From a virus (lineage: Duplodnaviria; Caudoviricetes): 64,000 nucleotides of DNA. This document shows, piece by piece, positions 43,947 through 55,775 of the stretch. A program made the translations under genes and the position numbers. The DNA lies in IMG/VR virus record IMGVR_UViG_3300025410_000009; one strand, given 5' to 3'. Every line of letters begins with the position of its first letter. Position 1 is the stretch's first letter. The notes below the pieces were generated by a model, which worked only from the letters and a program-made list of their open reading frames with translations, was not told the origin of the DNA and ran no database searches.

Positions 43947-45035
43947 TTATTTAGATGATGTAAACGCAGGCCAATATAGTGAAGTTGAATTGATTCCAAC
44001 GCCTGCAATCGTGCCAGCAGGGCTTATGGCCGTGCTTTCTATAAAATAAGTCGTGGTGGTGACTCCGCCCATGGCAGTAATGGTTGACCAAGTGACGCCA
44101 TCCGGAGAAGTGGTATACACCGCATAGTATGGAGTAGCAACAGCGTACCAGCCCACAGCTACCCATAAACTAAGAACCGAATCCCAAATCACTGAGGTAA
44201 AAATGTATTTTGTTGCAGACAAGTTGGCCGCAGCAGTCCATGACACACCATTATTTGAACTGTATGAGAACCATGGTATGTTGGTGCCCGAAAATCCTAT
44301 CCATACCATTTGGCCAGCTGGGTTAGCGGCTAGACAGCGTGTGGTCAAATTGGTTGCAGTTGAATTTAGGGTAGTTGGAGTTGTCCATGTAGTGCCATTA
44401 TCTGAACTGTACGAGTATACTGGATAACTACTGGCATTGGTACCAACTAGACATAAGTTTGTGCCTGACCCCAGTGCAGCAGATTTTGGTGTAAAAGTGG
44501 TGGCTGTTCCCACTGTTTGAGCCGCACTCCACGTGCTTCCATTTGTAGAAGTATAATACTGTCCGGTGCTGTTACCATTCAATTGACCAAATGCATAAAA
44601 AGTGCCACTGCTATTACAAATTACAGGAACCACATAGGTTTTAACACTACTAGATATACTGGCATAAGTCCACGATGTACCATTGGTGCTGTAGTAGGCA
44701 AAAGGATAGTAGGTGCTAAGAAATCCCACAGACACCATCAACCCAGACGAATTCACTGCTAAACCGCCTATGTTGATATTAAAAGCTCCCACAGTTGTTG
44801 GAGTGGGCCAGCTGGCACCAGTAGTGCTATTTGCATACACTAGATAATTGTTGCCGTCATACCCGGTGGCCACAAATCGGTTCAAGGTCGGACTCCAGAC
44901 AACGTTGTACATGGCATACAAGCTAGTACTGCCATTCATGAGTGCTGGCGCATTAAATCCATTGAATCCGGTGGGTCTGGCACCAAACCCAAGCGCCCGC
45001 ATAGACCCAGATCCCACTGAAATTATATTTGGCAT
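43947..45035 (-). CDS. Beta-propeller (BNR/Asp-box repeat) adhesin-like protein
   Basis: Repeats YSTNGTSW, TSTNGSTW, YSSDNGTTW, YSSNNGVSW and TSPDGVTW. Start moved to MPNIIS (45035). Confidence 0.7.
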   Translation of the reverse strand: MPNIISVGSGSMRALGFGARPTGFNGFNAPALMNGSTSLYAMYNVVWSPTLNRFVATGYDGNNYLVYANSTTGASWPTPTTVGAFNINIGGLAVNSSGLMVSVGFLSTYYPFAYYSTNGTSWTYASISSSVKTYVVPVICNSSGTFYAFGQLNGNSTGQYYTSTNGSTWSAAQTVGTATTFTPKSAALGSGTNLCLVGTNASSYPVYSYSSDNGTTWTTPTTLNSTATNLTTRCLAANPAGQMVWIGFSGTNIPWFSYSSNNGVSWTAAANLSATKYIFTSVIWDSVLSLWVAVGWYAVATPYYAVYTTSPDGVTWSTITAMGGVTTTTYFIESTAISPAGTIAGVGINSTSLYWPAFTSSK

Positions 45036-45045
45036 TGCTTGATCC

Positions 45046-48000
45046 TTAAGCAAACTTGGTTTGGCTGGCAAACACCACATACGCAGCTGATCCAGTTTTG
45101 GTCACTGTGTACGAATAAATGTCAATTGAATTCGCGTTACCCGAGCTGGGTGCTGTGCCGTTTTGCCACTTGGGCGTAACAGCAGATCCGTCAACTTGGA
45201 ATGCCGAAGCATAGTAGGCAGTAGCACCCTGTGTGACCATGAACGCAAAGCTCACTGATTGGCCGGTTGCTAGAGCACTGTTCAACAAGGTACTGGAACT
45301 AAACGACAAGTTCACAGTCCAGTTGGCCGAAGCATTGGCAGTATAATACAGCACCGACTGACTGTTGATGTAGTAGTTGATGGTACCAGTTGCGGCTGTG
45401 GCTGATACTGTGGTGGTTTCAGCCATGTTGGTCATCACCGTGGCAAACGAACTGGCACTGCCGTTGAATGTCTGTGTAGATGTCCAAGTGCTGCTGATGA
45501 CCGGAACGCCATTGGCATAGTAGTAACCCGAACTGTACACACTACCAGCAAATATGTTGCCAGCAATGCCAGCACCACCCGAGACCTGTAGTGCACCTGT
45601 AGTGGTGCTGGTACTTGTAGTATTATTACTGGTAATGATCTGTAGTGCGGTTGTACCTGAGAATGAGCCAGTCGCACCTATTGATCCGGTATAACCTATT
45701 GGGCCAGTGGCACCTATTGATCCGGTATAACCAATTGATCCAGTATAACCTGTCGTGCCAGTAGTACCAACGGATCCAGTATATCCTACTGATCCATTAT
45801 AGCCCACACTACCGGTATATCCCACTGATCCAGTATAACCAGTATTCAAATAGGGAGTACCGTTGGCATAAAAATGACGATCTGAGTAAATGTTGCCGGC
45901 AAAAATGTTACCAGTAACACCCACACCGCCAGCAACTACTAGAGCACCTGTTGTTGTGCTTGTACTAGCAGTTACAGTCACGATCGACACGTTGCCAGTG
46001 GGTCCACTGATGACCATGGGCTCAGAATAAGTTTCGCCGCCAACTGGGCCAGTGAAGGTCCAGAATTGCAAGCCGCCGCCGACTGTGCCTTGCAAGGCGC
46101 CACCACCATTGCTGTTGGCAGTCATTTGTAAACCGCCACCTGATGTGGTAAAGCTACCGGTGCCCACGCTGTTCAGTGTTAGTGAAATAGCAGAGTCGCT
46201 GGCCTGTGATATAGTACCTATACTGGCTTTTGAACCAGTTATAGTTAACCCGCTTGCAAACACGTTACCAGCAAAAATGTTACCAGTAACACCCAAACCA
46301 CCCGCCACAGTCACAGCACCTGTAGTGGTACTGGTGCTAGGGGTTGCAGTTCCTCCGCCATTAAATGGAGTCGCAGCATTGTAAGTAACTGATCCCGAGT
46401 TAGTCAATGAATAATTATTAGTGCTAGAATCAGTTATATAATTGCCGGAACTAGCAACACTTAATAACAATGTAGTATTAGGAATTGCTGTTAACGGTTG
46501 GGTAGGTGGAGTAAATGACGAAGTATATACCGCAGTTCCGTTAACAAACCGGAAATTAGTCATATATCCACGAAGAGATTGATTTCCGCTGCTTCCGTCT
46601 GATCTAGCAATATATTCTGGTGCACCACTGTCGTATATACTTCCAGCGTAAGTATATGTTGTGCCCTTTTGCCCATTCAAATACATGTTGAATGAACTAC
46701 CGTTCCGTACTACTGCCACGTGGTACCATGTATTTGCAGTTAGTGCAGGTAATGTTGAATCATCATTGGGATTAATTGCCCAAGAAGAAGAACTATCTGC
46801 AACTTGTAGGGTCATTCTATTAGAAGAACTGTATACACGCCACGCTATTCCTGCATAGGTTCCTACTTCTCGTTTACCGTAAAGACCGTTTTCTACTCCC
46901 AGTGTTGTTAAGTATACCCAAGCTTCTATTGTAAAATTATTGCTACCTAATACAAATGCTGAATTATTTGCATAGGTCAAATAATTACTACCGCTAAAAC
47001 TTAAACTGCCACCAGTAGCGAAACCAGTGGGTGCGACCACGCTGACACCAGTAGTTACCACATTACCAGCAATGCCAGCACCACCTGAGACCTGTAGTGC
47101 GCCTGTTGTGGTACTTGTACTAGGTGTGGTGTTGCTTATGATAACTTGTTGTGCAGTTGTACCTGAGAATGTGCCTGCACTTCCTGTGTAACCCACGCTT
47201 CCAGTATAGCCCACGCTACCTGAATATCCCACTGATCCAGTGTACCCAGTGCTGCCAGTGTAACCCACATTGCCTGTGGTGCCCGTTGAGCCGGTATAAC
47301 CTATCGATCCGGTATAACCAGCTGATCCAGCGTAACCCACGTTGCCTGTGGTGCCCACACTACCGGTATACCCAACGCTTCCAGTGTAACCTGTGGTGCC
47401 TGTTGAGCCGGTGTATCCAACACTTCCAGTATAACCCACCGATCCATTATAGCCCTGTGATCCAGTGTAGCCAGTTGATCCGTTATATCCCGTGCTGCCG
47501 GTATAGCCGGTTGCACCTGCGCTGGCATATGATACGCCGTTGGCCCAGAACACACCTGATGTGGTAATGACACCAGCCGTGGTGGAAATATTACCCGATG
47601 CCACTATGGCGTTAGCATATTCAGTACTGGTTATGGTTTCATAGTTCTGTGTGGTGATGTTGCCAGTGACCACCAAGTTACCACCCACATACAAGTTGCC
47701 GGTAATACCTACTCCGCCTGCTACAGTCACAGCACCTGTTGTGGTACTGGTACTGACTATTGGTGCACTGGCTCCATTAAATGGTGTTGCAGCATTGTAT
47801 GCAACCGATCCCACATTGGTCAATGTTAAATTATTAACACTGGAATCGGTTATATACGCACCTGAACTGGCCACATTTAACAATAGGGCTGTGTTTGCGA
47901 TGGCAGTTAAGGGTTGTGTGCTTGGTGTGAAATTGGTGGTGTATACTGCGGTACCATTTACAATTCTTAAATTACTAATATATCCTGTAAAGAGTGTACC

Positions 48001-49599
48001 TGCCGATGAATTATTTCTGCTACCAATATAGTTAGTAACACCGGATACTGTATAATTTGTTGTATCAGTAGCACTACTGACAGCAATACCATTCTTATAT
48101 ATAGTACCAACTGAACCATTTCTTACGTAGGCAACATGGTTCCATACGTTGGTTCCAAAATCGGTAGTAGAGGCATCCACCACAAGGCTAGAAGATCCGT
48201 TATACCATTCCAATTGCCCGTTTGATGCTGTGCCTCCACCCCATACAAATGCCCATGCTGTGGTATTTGTTGCATCTCTAGCATCAAATAAATATTGTAA
48301 ATTTTGTGCAGATGTAAAATATACCCAGGCCTCAACTGTAAAATTATTTGTACCAAATTTATTGGTATTCCCGGGAGAGTAAGTTAAATACTGAGTTGTA
48401 CCATTAAAGCTCAAGCTGCCACCGGTTGAAAAACCAGCTGGTTGTACAACTGCGATACCAGTGCTGTAAACATTACCAGCAATACCCGCACCACCCGATA
48501 CAATTAGAGCACCTGTTGTAGTGCTGCTACTAGCAGTGGTGTTGCTTATGATAACTTGTTGTGCGGTATTACCTGAGAATGTGCCGGTGCTACCAGTATA
48601 TCCTGTTGAACCAGTATAACCAATTGATCCAGTATAGCCGGCGCTGCCCGAATAACCCACATTACCTGTGATGCCCGTCGATCCAGTGAAACCAATTGAT
48701 CCAGTATAGCCGGCGCTGCCAGTATAACCCACATTACCTGTGCTACCAATTGAACCAGTGTAACCAATTGATCCAGTATAGCCCTGTGATCCCGAATAAC
48801 CTACATTACCTGTGGTACCTATGGATCCAGTATAGCCAATTGATCCAGTGTATCCAGTAGTGCCTGTGCTGCCGGTATAGCCCACATTACCTGTTGTACC
48901 TATGGATCCAGTGTATCCAACAGATCCGTTATAACCTGTTGATCCCGCATAGCCCACGCTACCAGTGTATCCAATTGAACCCTGTGAGCCAGTATAGCCC
49001 ACGTTGCCTGTAGTGCCTGTGCTGCCAGTATAGCCAATTGAGCCAGTGTAGCCCACACTACCCGAATAACCTACATTACCTGTGGTGCCCGTCGAACCAG
49101 TATAACCTGCACTTCCGGTATAACCCACACTACCAGTGTAACCTGTACCTGTTGAGCCAGTATATCCAGTTGACCCCGTGCTTCCAGTATAACCAATTGA
49201 TCCAGTATAGCCGGTGGCGCCCGTGCTGCCGTTGTAGCCTGTAGTGCCTGCGCTTCCAGTATAACCTGTTGCGCCCACTGATCCAGTAAAGCCAGTTAAG
49301 CCTGTGCTGCCTGTGTAACCAGTAGCACCACCTGAGAATCCAGCTCCATTGGCGTAGAAGTAGTTGGTGCTATACACATTACCAGCAAAAACATTACCAG
49401 TAACGCCTACACCGCCAGCCACAGTGAGTGCACCTGTAGTGGTTGTGGTACTAACTGAATTACCAGTAACAGCAAGAGTGTTAGTAGAAGTTATTGGTAT
49501 AGCCACCCGAGTCCAAGCGCCGTTGGTGCTAGAATAGGTGTATGTGATGCCGTTAACTGTTGCAATTGCGCCGTTAGTTGGTGATGCGGGAAAACTCAT
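45046..49599 (-). CDS. Long fibre protein: GYTGS triplet repeats plus two LamG/ConA-like domains
   Basis: [38 protein letters not shown] and [13 protein letters not shown] motifs, flanked by triplet repeats. Confidence 0.82.
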   Translation of the reverse strand: MSFPASPTNGAIATVNGITYTYSSTNGAWTRVAIPITSTNTLAVTGNSVSTTTTTGALTVAGGVGVTGNVFAGNVYSTNYFYANGAGFSGGATGYTGSTGLTGFTGSVGATGYTGSAGTTGYNGSTGATGYTGSIGYTGSTGSTGYTGSTGTGYTGSVGYTGSAGYTGSTGTTGNVGYSGSVGYTGSIGYTGSTGTTGNVGYTGSQGSIGYTGSVGYAGSTGYNGSVGYTGSIGTTGNVGYTGSTGTTGYTGSIGYTGSIGTTGNVGYSGSQGYTGSIGYTGSIGSTGNVGYTGSAGYTGSIGFTGSTGITGNVGYSGSAGYTGSIGYTGSTGYTGSTGTFSGNTAQQVIISNTTASSSTTTGALIVSGGAGIAGNVYSTGIAVVQPAGFSTGGSLSFNGTTQYLTYSPGNTNKFGTNNFTVEAWVYFTSAQNLQYLFDARDATNTTAWAFVWGGGTASNGQLEWYNGSSSLVVDASTTDFGTNVWNHVAYVRNGSVGTIYKNGIAVSSATDTTNYTVSGVTNYIGSRNNSSAGTLFTGYISNLRIVNGTAVYTTNFTPSTQPLTAIANTALLLNVASSGAYITDSSVNNLTLTNVGSVAYNAATPFNGASAPIVSTSTTTGAVTVAGGVGITGNLYVGGNLVVTGNITTQNYETITSTEYANAIVASGNISTTAGVITTSGVFWANGVSYASAGATGYTGSTGYNGSTGYTGSQGYNGSVGYTGSVGYTGSTGTTGYTGSVGYTGSVGTTGNVGYAGSAGYTGSIGYTGSTGTTGNVGYTGSTGYTGSVGYSGSVGYTGSVGYTGSAGTFSGTTAQQVIISNTTPSTSTTTGALQVSGGAGIAGNVVTTGVSVVAPTGFATGGSLSFSGSNYLTYANNSAFVLGSNNFTIEAWVYLTTLGVENGLYGKREVGTYAGIAWRVYSSSNRMTLQVADSSSSWAINPNDDSTLPALTANTWYHVAVVRNGSSFNMYLNGQKGTTYTYAGSIYDSGAPEYIARSDGSSGNQSLRGYMTNFRFVNGTAVYTSSFTPPTQPLTAIPNTTLLLSVASSGNYITDSSTNNYSLTNSGSVTYNAATPFNGGGTATPSTSTTTGAVTVAGGLGVTGNIFAGNVFASGLTITGSKASIGTISQASDSAISLTLNSVGTGSFTTSGGGLQMTANSNGGGALQGTVGGGLQFWTFTGPVGGETYSEPMVISGPTGNVSIVTVTASTSTTTGALVVAGGVGVTGNIFAGNIYSDRHFYANGTPYLNTGYTGSVGYTGSVGYNGSVGYTGSVGTTGTTGYTGSIGYTGSIGATGPIGYTGSIGATGSFSGTTALQIITSNNTTSTSTTTGALQVSGGAGIAGNIFAGSVYSSGYYYANGVPVISSTWTSTQTFNGSASSFATVMTNMAETTTVSATAATGTINYYINSQSVLYYTANASANWTVNLSFSSSTLLNSALATGQSVSFAFMVTQGATAYYASAFQVDGSAVTPKWQNGTAPSSGNANSIDIYSYTVTKTGSAAYVVFASQTKFA

Positions 49600-49608
49600 G
49601 TTGTATCT

Positions 49609-50001
49609 TTATTGTGTTATTTGTACCCAAGAGGTAGTAATTTCGTTCCACATATATTTATTGCCGTCATCGGGGCAGGCCACAGGAGCAGCCCAAGTCC
49701 ATGTGGGTGCCGAAATGGTCCAGCTGGCGCACACTACTCCGTTCATGTCTAGCGGTCTTGGCGGGTAAAACACATCATTGCGAGCATCGTAAATATAACC
49801 AGCACTGGCATAGTTACCACGTAGAGCCACGCCGCCATCGGGTGTATCAGAATTAGGGGCATAATGTACACCACCGCGGGTGTTATATGATGTTTGAATC
49901 CAGGTACCCGGACTGGAATCGACAAATGTTGTAAAAAAATCAGCTTCGGCCACAATGACTTGTGTGACAATGCCGTTAAGAACTTTTGCGTAGTGACTCA
50001 T
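49609..50001 (-). CDS. Fibre-associated small protein (possible assembly chaperone)
   Basis: 130 aa directly after the Gly-rich tip of the 1799-aa fibre; WIQTSYN, LRGNYA..GY.YD...D.F.PP.P. Confidence 0.55.
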   Translation of the reverse strand: MSHYAKVLNGIVTQVIVAEADFFTTFVDSSPGTWIQTSYNTRGGVHYAPNSDTPDGGVALRGNYASAGYIYDARNDVFYPPRPLDMNGVVCASWTISAPTWTWAAPVACPDDGNKYMWNEITTSWVQITQ

Positions 50002-53000
50002 GCTGTGTAACTTCCTGATTGTTTAAATATCATTATGGTGTTTGATCCGTTTGTAACCACTGTGGGTGAACCAGTGGTTATGTTTGAATAAAACGCTGTT
50101 GGCAATGACACAATAACTATACCGCTACCGCCTGCTGCACCAGCACCAGTATTAACACCACCCCCGGCGCCACCGCCAGTGTTTGCTAACCCAGCAGTTC
50201 CGGGGTTGCCTCCGCCACCTGATCCACCGGTACCTGCAGTTAGCGTGCCACCATAATATCCGCCAGCGCCACCACCAGCAAAGTAAACCGAAGTGAGCAC
50301 AACTTGCCCAACGTTGGCATTGGTGGCTTGCAGAGCAGTGATCAGTGTGGTAGTAAGCCCGATACCGCCATTGCCAGAACTTGATGATGTTGCAGAAGCT
50401 CCCGCACCACCAGCACCACCACCACCACCTTCTCTATCCTGTGCTCCACTGACACCAGTACCGCCCATGTTACCTTGCCCGGTGGTTCCAGAACCACCAA
50501 CATTGCTCAATGCGCCGCCACCACCTGAACCACCATTGGCGCCATTGGTGGCACTGCCACCACCACCGCCACCGAGAGCAGTGTAGCCAAATGCTGTAGA
50601 ATTTTGACCGTTGTTGGCCACTGAACTTGCTGCACCAGCACCGCCGCCGGCGCCAACAACAAATGAATATACAGTTCCAGCACTGAGCGTTATGTTCCCA
50701 GCTATCAGTCCGCCAGCACCACCACCACCACTGCCACCAGGCGATCCACCACCTGCAGAACTGCCACCACCACCAGCCACAATCAAATACGATGCATTAA
50801 TTTGTGTCCCTGAAGGTGTAGCATACAGTTGCGAATATGAAATCCAACCCTGGGTAGAATCAATATATACAAAATTATATGATTGTCTACTCACAATAAT
50901 ACCAATATTACCTGTAGTACCTTGAATATTTTTGCCATTGCCATAAATTGTAATGGCATTTGTAGCTGCAGTGCCTGCATAATCGGTTATGATTATGACC
51001 TGACCAGCACTGGGGCTGGCTGGCAATGTGACTGTGATTTGACTTGAAGTGGTGTTAACTGGATAACCATTGCCGGCCACAGCAGTGAAGTTTGTGGTTT
51101 GTACCGACTGCCAAGTAATTGAGCCACCACCGCCGCTGCCGGTTGTTATCACTGCTGCATTTGATGATATTGCTGGACCCGAAATATCCAACCAGAATGA
51201 GTTGACACCATCAGTGGTGTATCTGTAGATATCATCAGTTGAGGTGTTGTACCAGATGTCATTGACAGTGGGGCTTGACGGTGGAGTTGCACTGGATGTG
51301 CTTTTAGGTCCACTGGATCCTGAACTGTAAGCAGCACCATTGGCCCAGAACACGCCCGAAGTGGTAATGATACTGGCATTGGATGTGATGTTGCCCGAAG
51401 TAACTATGTTATTGGCGTATTCGGTATTGGTTATAGTCTCATAATTTAAAGTGGTAATGTTGCCAGTGACCACCAAGTTACCGCCCACGTACAAGTTACC
51501 AGCAATACCCGCGCCACCTGCGACTTGTAATGCACCTGTAGTGGTGCTGGTGCTCGATGTGGTGTTGCTGGTTATGATCTGTTGTGCAGTCGTGCCTGAG
51601 AACGTGCCAGCACTACCAGTGTAGCCCACCGAGCCGGTGTAACCTACTGATCCTGCATAACCTGTACTTCCGTTATATCCAGTGCTGCCAGTATAGCCAA
51701 TGCTGCCAGTGTAACCCACACTACCGTTGTAACCAGTACCACCGCCACCGCCTGCAAAAGGTGTTCCATTGGCATAGAAATGATTATTGCTGTAAATAGC
51801 ACCAGCAAATATGTTACCACCAACACCCAAGCCACCAGTGATTACCAAGGCACCTGTTGTGGTGCTGGTACTTGAAGTGGTGTTGCTGACAGTCAATTGC
51901 TGTGTGATATTGCTGGTCACAGTGCCGGCACTGCCAGTATAACCAATTGGACCAGCTTGCAACGGACCGCTGATCTGTAAATAAGTGTCAAATGAGCCAC
52001 TGGTGTATGGGGTGCCGCCAGCGTTTATGTATGCTCTAAGATCAACATAGTCTGTGGTACCATTTAGATAAATTACCTCGGTGCCACCGGCAGCATTTTG
52101 ACTAGCACTGGTATCACAACCAATTGCATTATAACCGCTGCCGTTTTTACCTATACCAGCAACAGCTATAACTGTGGGGCAACGAGCTCGACCGGTGACC
52201 ATGTACCAACCGGCCAAATTGGGTTGGAAATATTTACCAGTGCTGTTCCACCAACCAGCGGTGTCAGATCCCACTGTGTCAATGGGAACCTTTTGCCAAC
52301 CAACACCAGAGCTTGAACCTGTGCTCAAATATGCCCAAGACACATTAAGACTTGTGCCCACACCAGCACTGCCAGTGTAACCTGTGGTGCCAATAGATCC
52401 GGTGTAGCCGATTGATCCAGTATAACCTATACTTCCAGTATAGCCCGGTGCTGTACTAGCCGAACCGGTATAACCCGTTGAACCAGTATAACCTATCGAT
52501 CCAGTATAGCCCGGTGCTGTACTAGCCGAACCGGTATAACCCGTTGAACCAGTATAACCTATCGATCCAGTATAACCCACACTACCAGTATAACCTGGGG
52601 CGGTACTAGCCGAACCAGTATAGCCTATCGATCCAGTATAACCCACACTACCAGTATACCCGGTACTACCTGATCCAGAACCATATGGGGTACCATTGGC
52701 ATAAAAATGATGGTCTGAATATATGTTGCCAGCAAATATATTACCAGTTACGCCTATGCCACCATTTACTAGCAATGCACCAGTAGTGGTACTGGTACTG
52801 GGCACCAAACTGCCAGGCAGTGCAACATACGGAGTCAACGCATTATATGTGACAGTGCCGGTGATAGTGACCGAAATGTTATTTGTGCTGGTGTCAGTTA
52901 TGTACCCAGCTGAAGTAAGAACATCTAACAAGAATACTGTGTTTGTTACAGCACTCAACAGTTGATTTGGTGGGGTAAAATTGCTGGTATATACTGCGGA

Positions 53001-55397
53001 TCCGTTTACTACACGCAAGTTAGTAATGTAACCAGTCATGTTGTAACCGGATCCGCTGTTAGAACCAACTCGAACACCGTATTGCGAATACGATCCGGAA
53101 TTGGTTGCAGTGCCAGCAGACACCCCGTCAATGTACATGGTTAATGCTGTACCGTTGCGAACAATTGCAAAATGATGCCATGCATTGGCTGTTAATGCAA
53201 TACTCGATGTTATCAGCACAGTACCGCCCATGCTGTATACAATATATCCTGACGAGTTTATGTATATAAATGATGCTGAATTAGTTGTTACCCCGCCTCT
53301 AGCATCATAAAAAGTTTGGTTGGCTGCTACAGAAGTAAACTGTAACCATGTTTCTATAGTAAAACTATTTGTACCAAATGCAAGATTGGTATTTGATGCT
53401 ATTGTAAAATACGAAGATCCGTTAATGTACAAGCTGCCACTGGGCACGTATGGTGGGTTTAATGACACTACACTAATACTAGTAGTATACACAGCATCGG
53501 CCCAAACATTACCAGCAACACCAACACCACCGGTTACAATCACAGCACCAGTTACATTACTTGTACTGGCTGTACCGTTGGTGGTAATAATTTGTTGTGC
53601 GGTAGTTCCGGTAAATGAACCAGCTGAGCCAGTATAACCTGTGGTTCCAGTTGAGCCAGTATAACCCGCTGCACCCGAAGCACCCACGCTACCGGTGTAG
53701 CCGGTACCAGCTGATCCAGTATAACCCATGCTGCCAGTATAGCCAGCGACACCACTAGCTCCTGTCGCTCCAGTACCAGCTGATCCAGTATAACCCAAGG
53801 CTCCTGAAGCACCAGTGGCACCCGCACTGCCTGTGTAACCAGCGGCACCCGATGCACCAGTGGCACCTGTACTGCCAGTGTAACCCACTGTGCCAGCTGA
53901 GCCAGCATAACCTGTGGGTCCAGTAGCACCAGTGGCACCCTGTGATCCAGTGTAGCCTGCAGCACCGGTACTGCCAGTGTAACCCACAATGGTACCTGCA
54001 TCCACAAATCCATCCACAGGACCTGTACCACTGTAGACCCACAAGTGACCAGTATCAATGGCAATGATACCATCGCCCACGGCTGGAGAGGGGTCAAACG
54101 ATTGGAATGTGGCCACGTTGGCTGTTGCTGCGCTGCCAATAATTCTTACACTGGTACCGTCATTACCGCGGCTACCGGTATAACCCATGCTACCTGCATA
54201 GCCGGTGGCACCTGATGCGCCACTAGCACCTGCACTACCAGTAAACCCAATTGACCCAGTATAACCTGCTGCACCTGATGCCCCTGCAGCACCAGCTGAT
54301 CCAGTGTAACCTGTGGCTCCGGTAGCTCCTGTAGCACCATTAACTCCAGCACTGCCAGTATATCCAGTGACACCAGTGGCTCCTGTAGCCCCGGCGGTGC
54401 CTGCGCTGCCAGTATAACCCATACTGCCCGAATAGCCCACGCTGCCGGTATAGCCGTTCCCACCACCGCCCGATCCTGAGCCTGCAAATGGTTGTCCGTT
54501 ACTATAAAAATAATTATCAGTATAAATGTTACCAGCAGTGATGCTGCCTGTAATGTGCAGATTACCAGTGTCAACAATGGGCGCGGTTGATAGAGTGTTC
54601 AACACACTGATGGCATTTGGATTCAATACCACATTGCCCACTGGGGTAATAAACTGCACACCAGCTGTGGGGTCAGCACTGATAGTGGTACCACCCAAAT
54701 CAATGGTATTACCGGCCAAGTACAAGGTACGGAATCGCCGTGTGGGTGAACCGATGTCGATGGTGTTGGCTGTCACTGGCAACAGGGCTGTGTTGACCAC
54801 AAGATTGCCGCCTACATTTAGATTGCCACCAATGCCCACGCCACCTGTGACCACCAAGGCACCCGACACAGTGTCAGTGCTGATGGTGCCATTGTTGATG
54901 GTGAATGTGTTGTTGGTGCTGGTACTAGATCCAGCACCGCCGGCACCAGCACTGCCAGTATAACCCACAGGACCCTGTGCACCCGGGCTGGCTGTGTCGA
55001 CCCACTGACCAGTGACTCCGTTTGTGATCCATACGTATTCTAATCCACTGGTACTGTCAAACCAACGATCGCCCAAGGTGGGGCTGGTGGGTGCTGTGTT
55101 ACCAAATGTGAATGCTGTGCCTGATCCCGAACCGCCACCACCGCTGCCAGAACTGCTGACATAGGGTACACCATTGGGATACAGTATGTTTGATACTAAT
55201 AAAGTTGTCAGTGTTAAATTGGCTGTCCATACACGATCACCCCTGACATTGGTGGTCAAGACTGTGCCATTGGCTGCCACGCCCAAATTGGGTTCAGCAT
55301 CAGCCATGTCCAGGAACTGGTACCGGCCAGGATCGGTCGTGATGGGTGGATTTACTGGTTCACGTCCGCTGACTAAACGTTTATTAATACCTGCCAT
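49998..55397 (-). CDS. Long fibre protein: triplet repeats, LamG domain, C1q-like domain and a C-terminal glycine-rich adhesin domain
   Basis: GYTGS/GATG repeats, FTIETW..WHHFAIVRNG, FQPNLAGWYMVTG (C1q-like), YLIVAGGGG...GGSGIVIV. Confidence 0.82.
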   Translation of the reverse strand: MAGINKRLVSGREPVNPPITTDPGRYQFLDMADAEPNLGVAANGTVLTTNVRGDRVWTANLTLTTLLVSNILYPNGVPYVSSSGSGGGGSGSGTAFTFGNTAPTSPTLGDRWFDSTSGLEYVWITNGVTGQWVDTASPGAQGPVGYTGSAGAGGAGSSTSTNNTFTINNGTISTDTVSGALVVTGGVGIGGNLNVGGNLVVNTALLPVTANTIDIGSPTRRFRTLYLAGNTIDLGGTTISADPTAGVQFITPVGNVVLNPNAISVLNTLSTAPIVDTGNLHITGSITAGNIYTDNYFYSNGQPFAGSGSGGGGNGYTGSVGYSGSMGYTGSAGTAGATGATGVTGYTGSAGVNGATGATGATGYTGSAGAAGASGAAGYTGSIGFTGSAGASGASGATGYAGSMGYTGSRGNDGTSVRIIGSAATANVATFQSFDPSPAVGDGIIAIDTGHLWVYSGTGPVDGFVDAGTIVGYTGSTGAAGYTGSQGATGATGPTGYAGSAGTVGYTGSTGATGASGAAGYTGSAGATGASGALGYTGSAGTGATGASGVAGYTGSMGYTGSAGTGYTGSVGASGAAGYTGSTGTTGYTGSAGSFTGTTAQQIITTNGTASTSNVTGAVIVTGGVGVAGNVWADAVYTTSISVVSLNPPYVPSGSLYINGSSYFTIASNTNLAFGTNSFTIETWLQFTSVAANQTFYDARGGVTTNSASFIYINSSGYIVYSMGGTVLITSSIALTANAWHHFAIVRNGTALTMYIDGVSAGTATNSGSYSQYGVRVGSNSGSGYNMTGYITNLRVVNGSAVYTSNFTPPNQLLSAVTNTVFLLDVLTSAGYITDTSTNNISVTITGTVTYNALTPYVALPGSLVPSTSTTTGALLVNGGIGVTGNIFAGNIYSDHHFYANGTPYGSGSGSTGYTGSVGYTGSIGYTGSASTAPGYTGSVGYTGSIGYTGSTGYTGSASTAPGYTGSIGYTGSTGYTGSASTAPGYTGSIGYTGSIGYTGSIGTTGYTGSAGVGTSLNVSWAYLSTGSSSGVGWQKVPIDTVGSDTAGWWNSTGKYFQPNLAGWYMVTGRARCPTVIAVAGIGKNGSGYNAIGCDTSASQNAAGGTEVIYLNGTTDYVDLRAYINAGGTPYTSGSFDTYLQISGPLQAGPIGYTGSAGTVTSNITQQLTVSNTTSSTSTTTGALVITGGLGVGGNIFAGAIYSNNHFYANGTPFAGGGGGTGYNGSVGYTGSIGYTGSTGYNGSTGYAGSVGYTGSVGYTGSAGTFSGTTAQQIITSNTTSSTSTTTGALQVAGGAGIAGNLYVGGNLVVTGNITTLNYETITNTEYANNIVTSGNITSNASIITTSGVFWANGAAYSSGSSGPKSTSSATPPSSPTVNDIWYNTSTDDIYRYTTDGVNSFWLDISGPAISSNAAVITTGSGGGGSITWQSVQTTNFTAVAGNGYPVNTTSSQITVTLPASPSAGQVIIITDYAGTAATNAITIYGNGKNIQGTTGNIGIIVSRQSYNFVYIDSTQGWISYSQLYATPSGTQINASYLIVAGGGGSSAGGGSPGGSGGGGAGGLIAGNITLSAGTVYSFVVGAGGGAGAASSVANNGQNSTAFGYTALGGGGGGSATNGANGGSGGGGALSNVGGSGTTGQGNMGGTGVSGAQDREGGGGGAGGAGASATSSSSGNGGIGLTTTLITALQATNANVGQVVLTSVYFAGGGAGGYYGGTLTAGTGGSGGGGNPGTAGLANTGGGAGGGVNTGAGAAGGSGIVIVSLPTAFYSNITTGSPTVVTNGSNTIMIFKQSGSYTA
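52435..52574. repeat. Exact 66-bp tandem duplication (22 aa) in the fibre gene
   Basis: 52435-52500 is identical to 52501-52566, and identity continues for a further 8 nt. Confidence 0.9.
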
Positions 55398-55430
55398 ATT
55401 TTATTCTTATTATTATATTAATTATCAAAT

Positions 55431-55763
55431 TTAACTGTTAGCAGTTTCTAGCAAGCTCAACAGCACCTGAGCACTGGAATTACGTGTGGCCACCACTGTG
55501 ATTGAATCGCCGGTCTGTAGGATCAACTTGCCGGTCAACATGTTGACAGCATCACTCACTGGAACTTGAACATTGCTGATGATACTGGTAGACACATTGC
55601 CGCGCAAGTGGCTGGCAGAAACGCCCACTGTGGTGGTGTCAATGTTGCTGACCTGTGCCAACAGCACCACAGTGGTATAGCCTTGCGGTGCTGTGTAGAT
55701 AGTAGACGACACCGTAGACGCATTGTACGGTATCGTTTTGAAGGTATTAATTGGTGCTGACAT
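55431..55763 (-). CDS. Small virion-like protein
   Basis: 110 aa, all-beta composition, in the fibre operon. Confidence 0.6.
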   Translation of the reverse strand: MSAPINTFKTIPYNASTVSSTIYTAPQGYTTVVLLAQVSNIDTTTVGVSASHLRGNVSTSIISNVQVPVSDAVNMLTGKLILQTGDSITVVATRNSSAQVLLSLLETANS

Positions 55764-55775
55764 AGTTTATTCCTG

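Noticed and set aside
43500-54460. CRISPR-like array suggested by recurring ccagtataacc-type words
   Set aside because: These are in-frame codons of GYTGS repeats with an 18-nt period and variable third positions; there are no unique spacers and no cas genes.
45435-55434. Many 60-195 aa alternative-frame and antisense ORFs (e.g. 53552-54139, 54146-54577, 47151-47567)
   Set aside because: These are shadows of low-complexity Gly/Thr-rich repeats that lack stops in other frames; no RBS or independent motifs.
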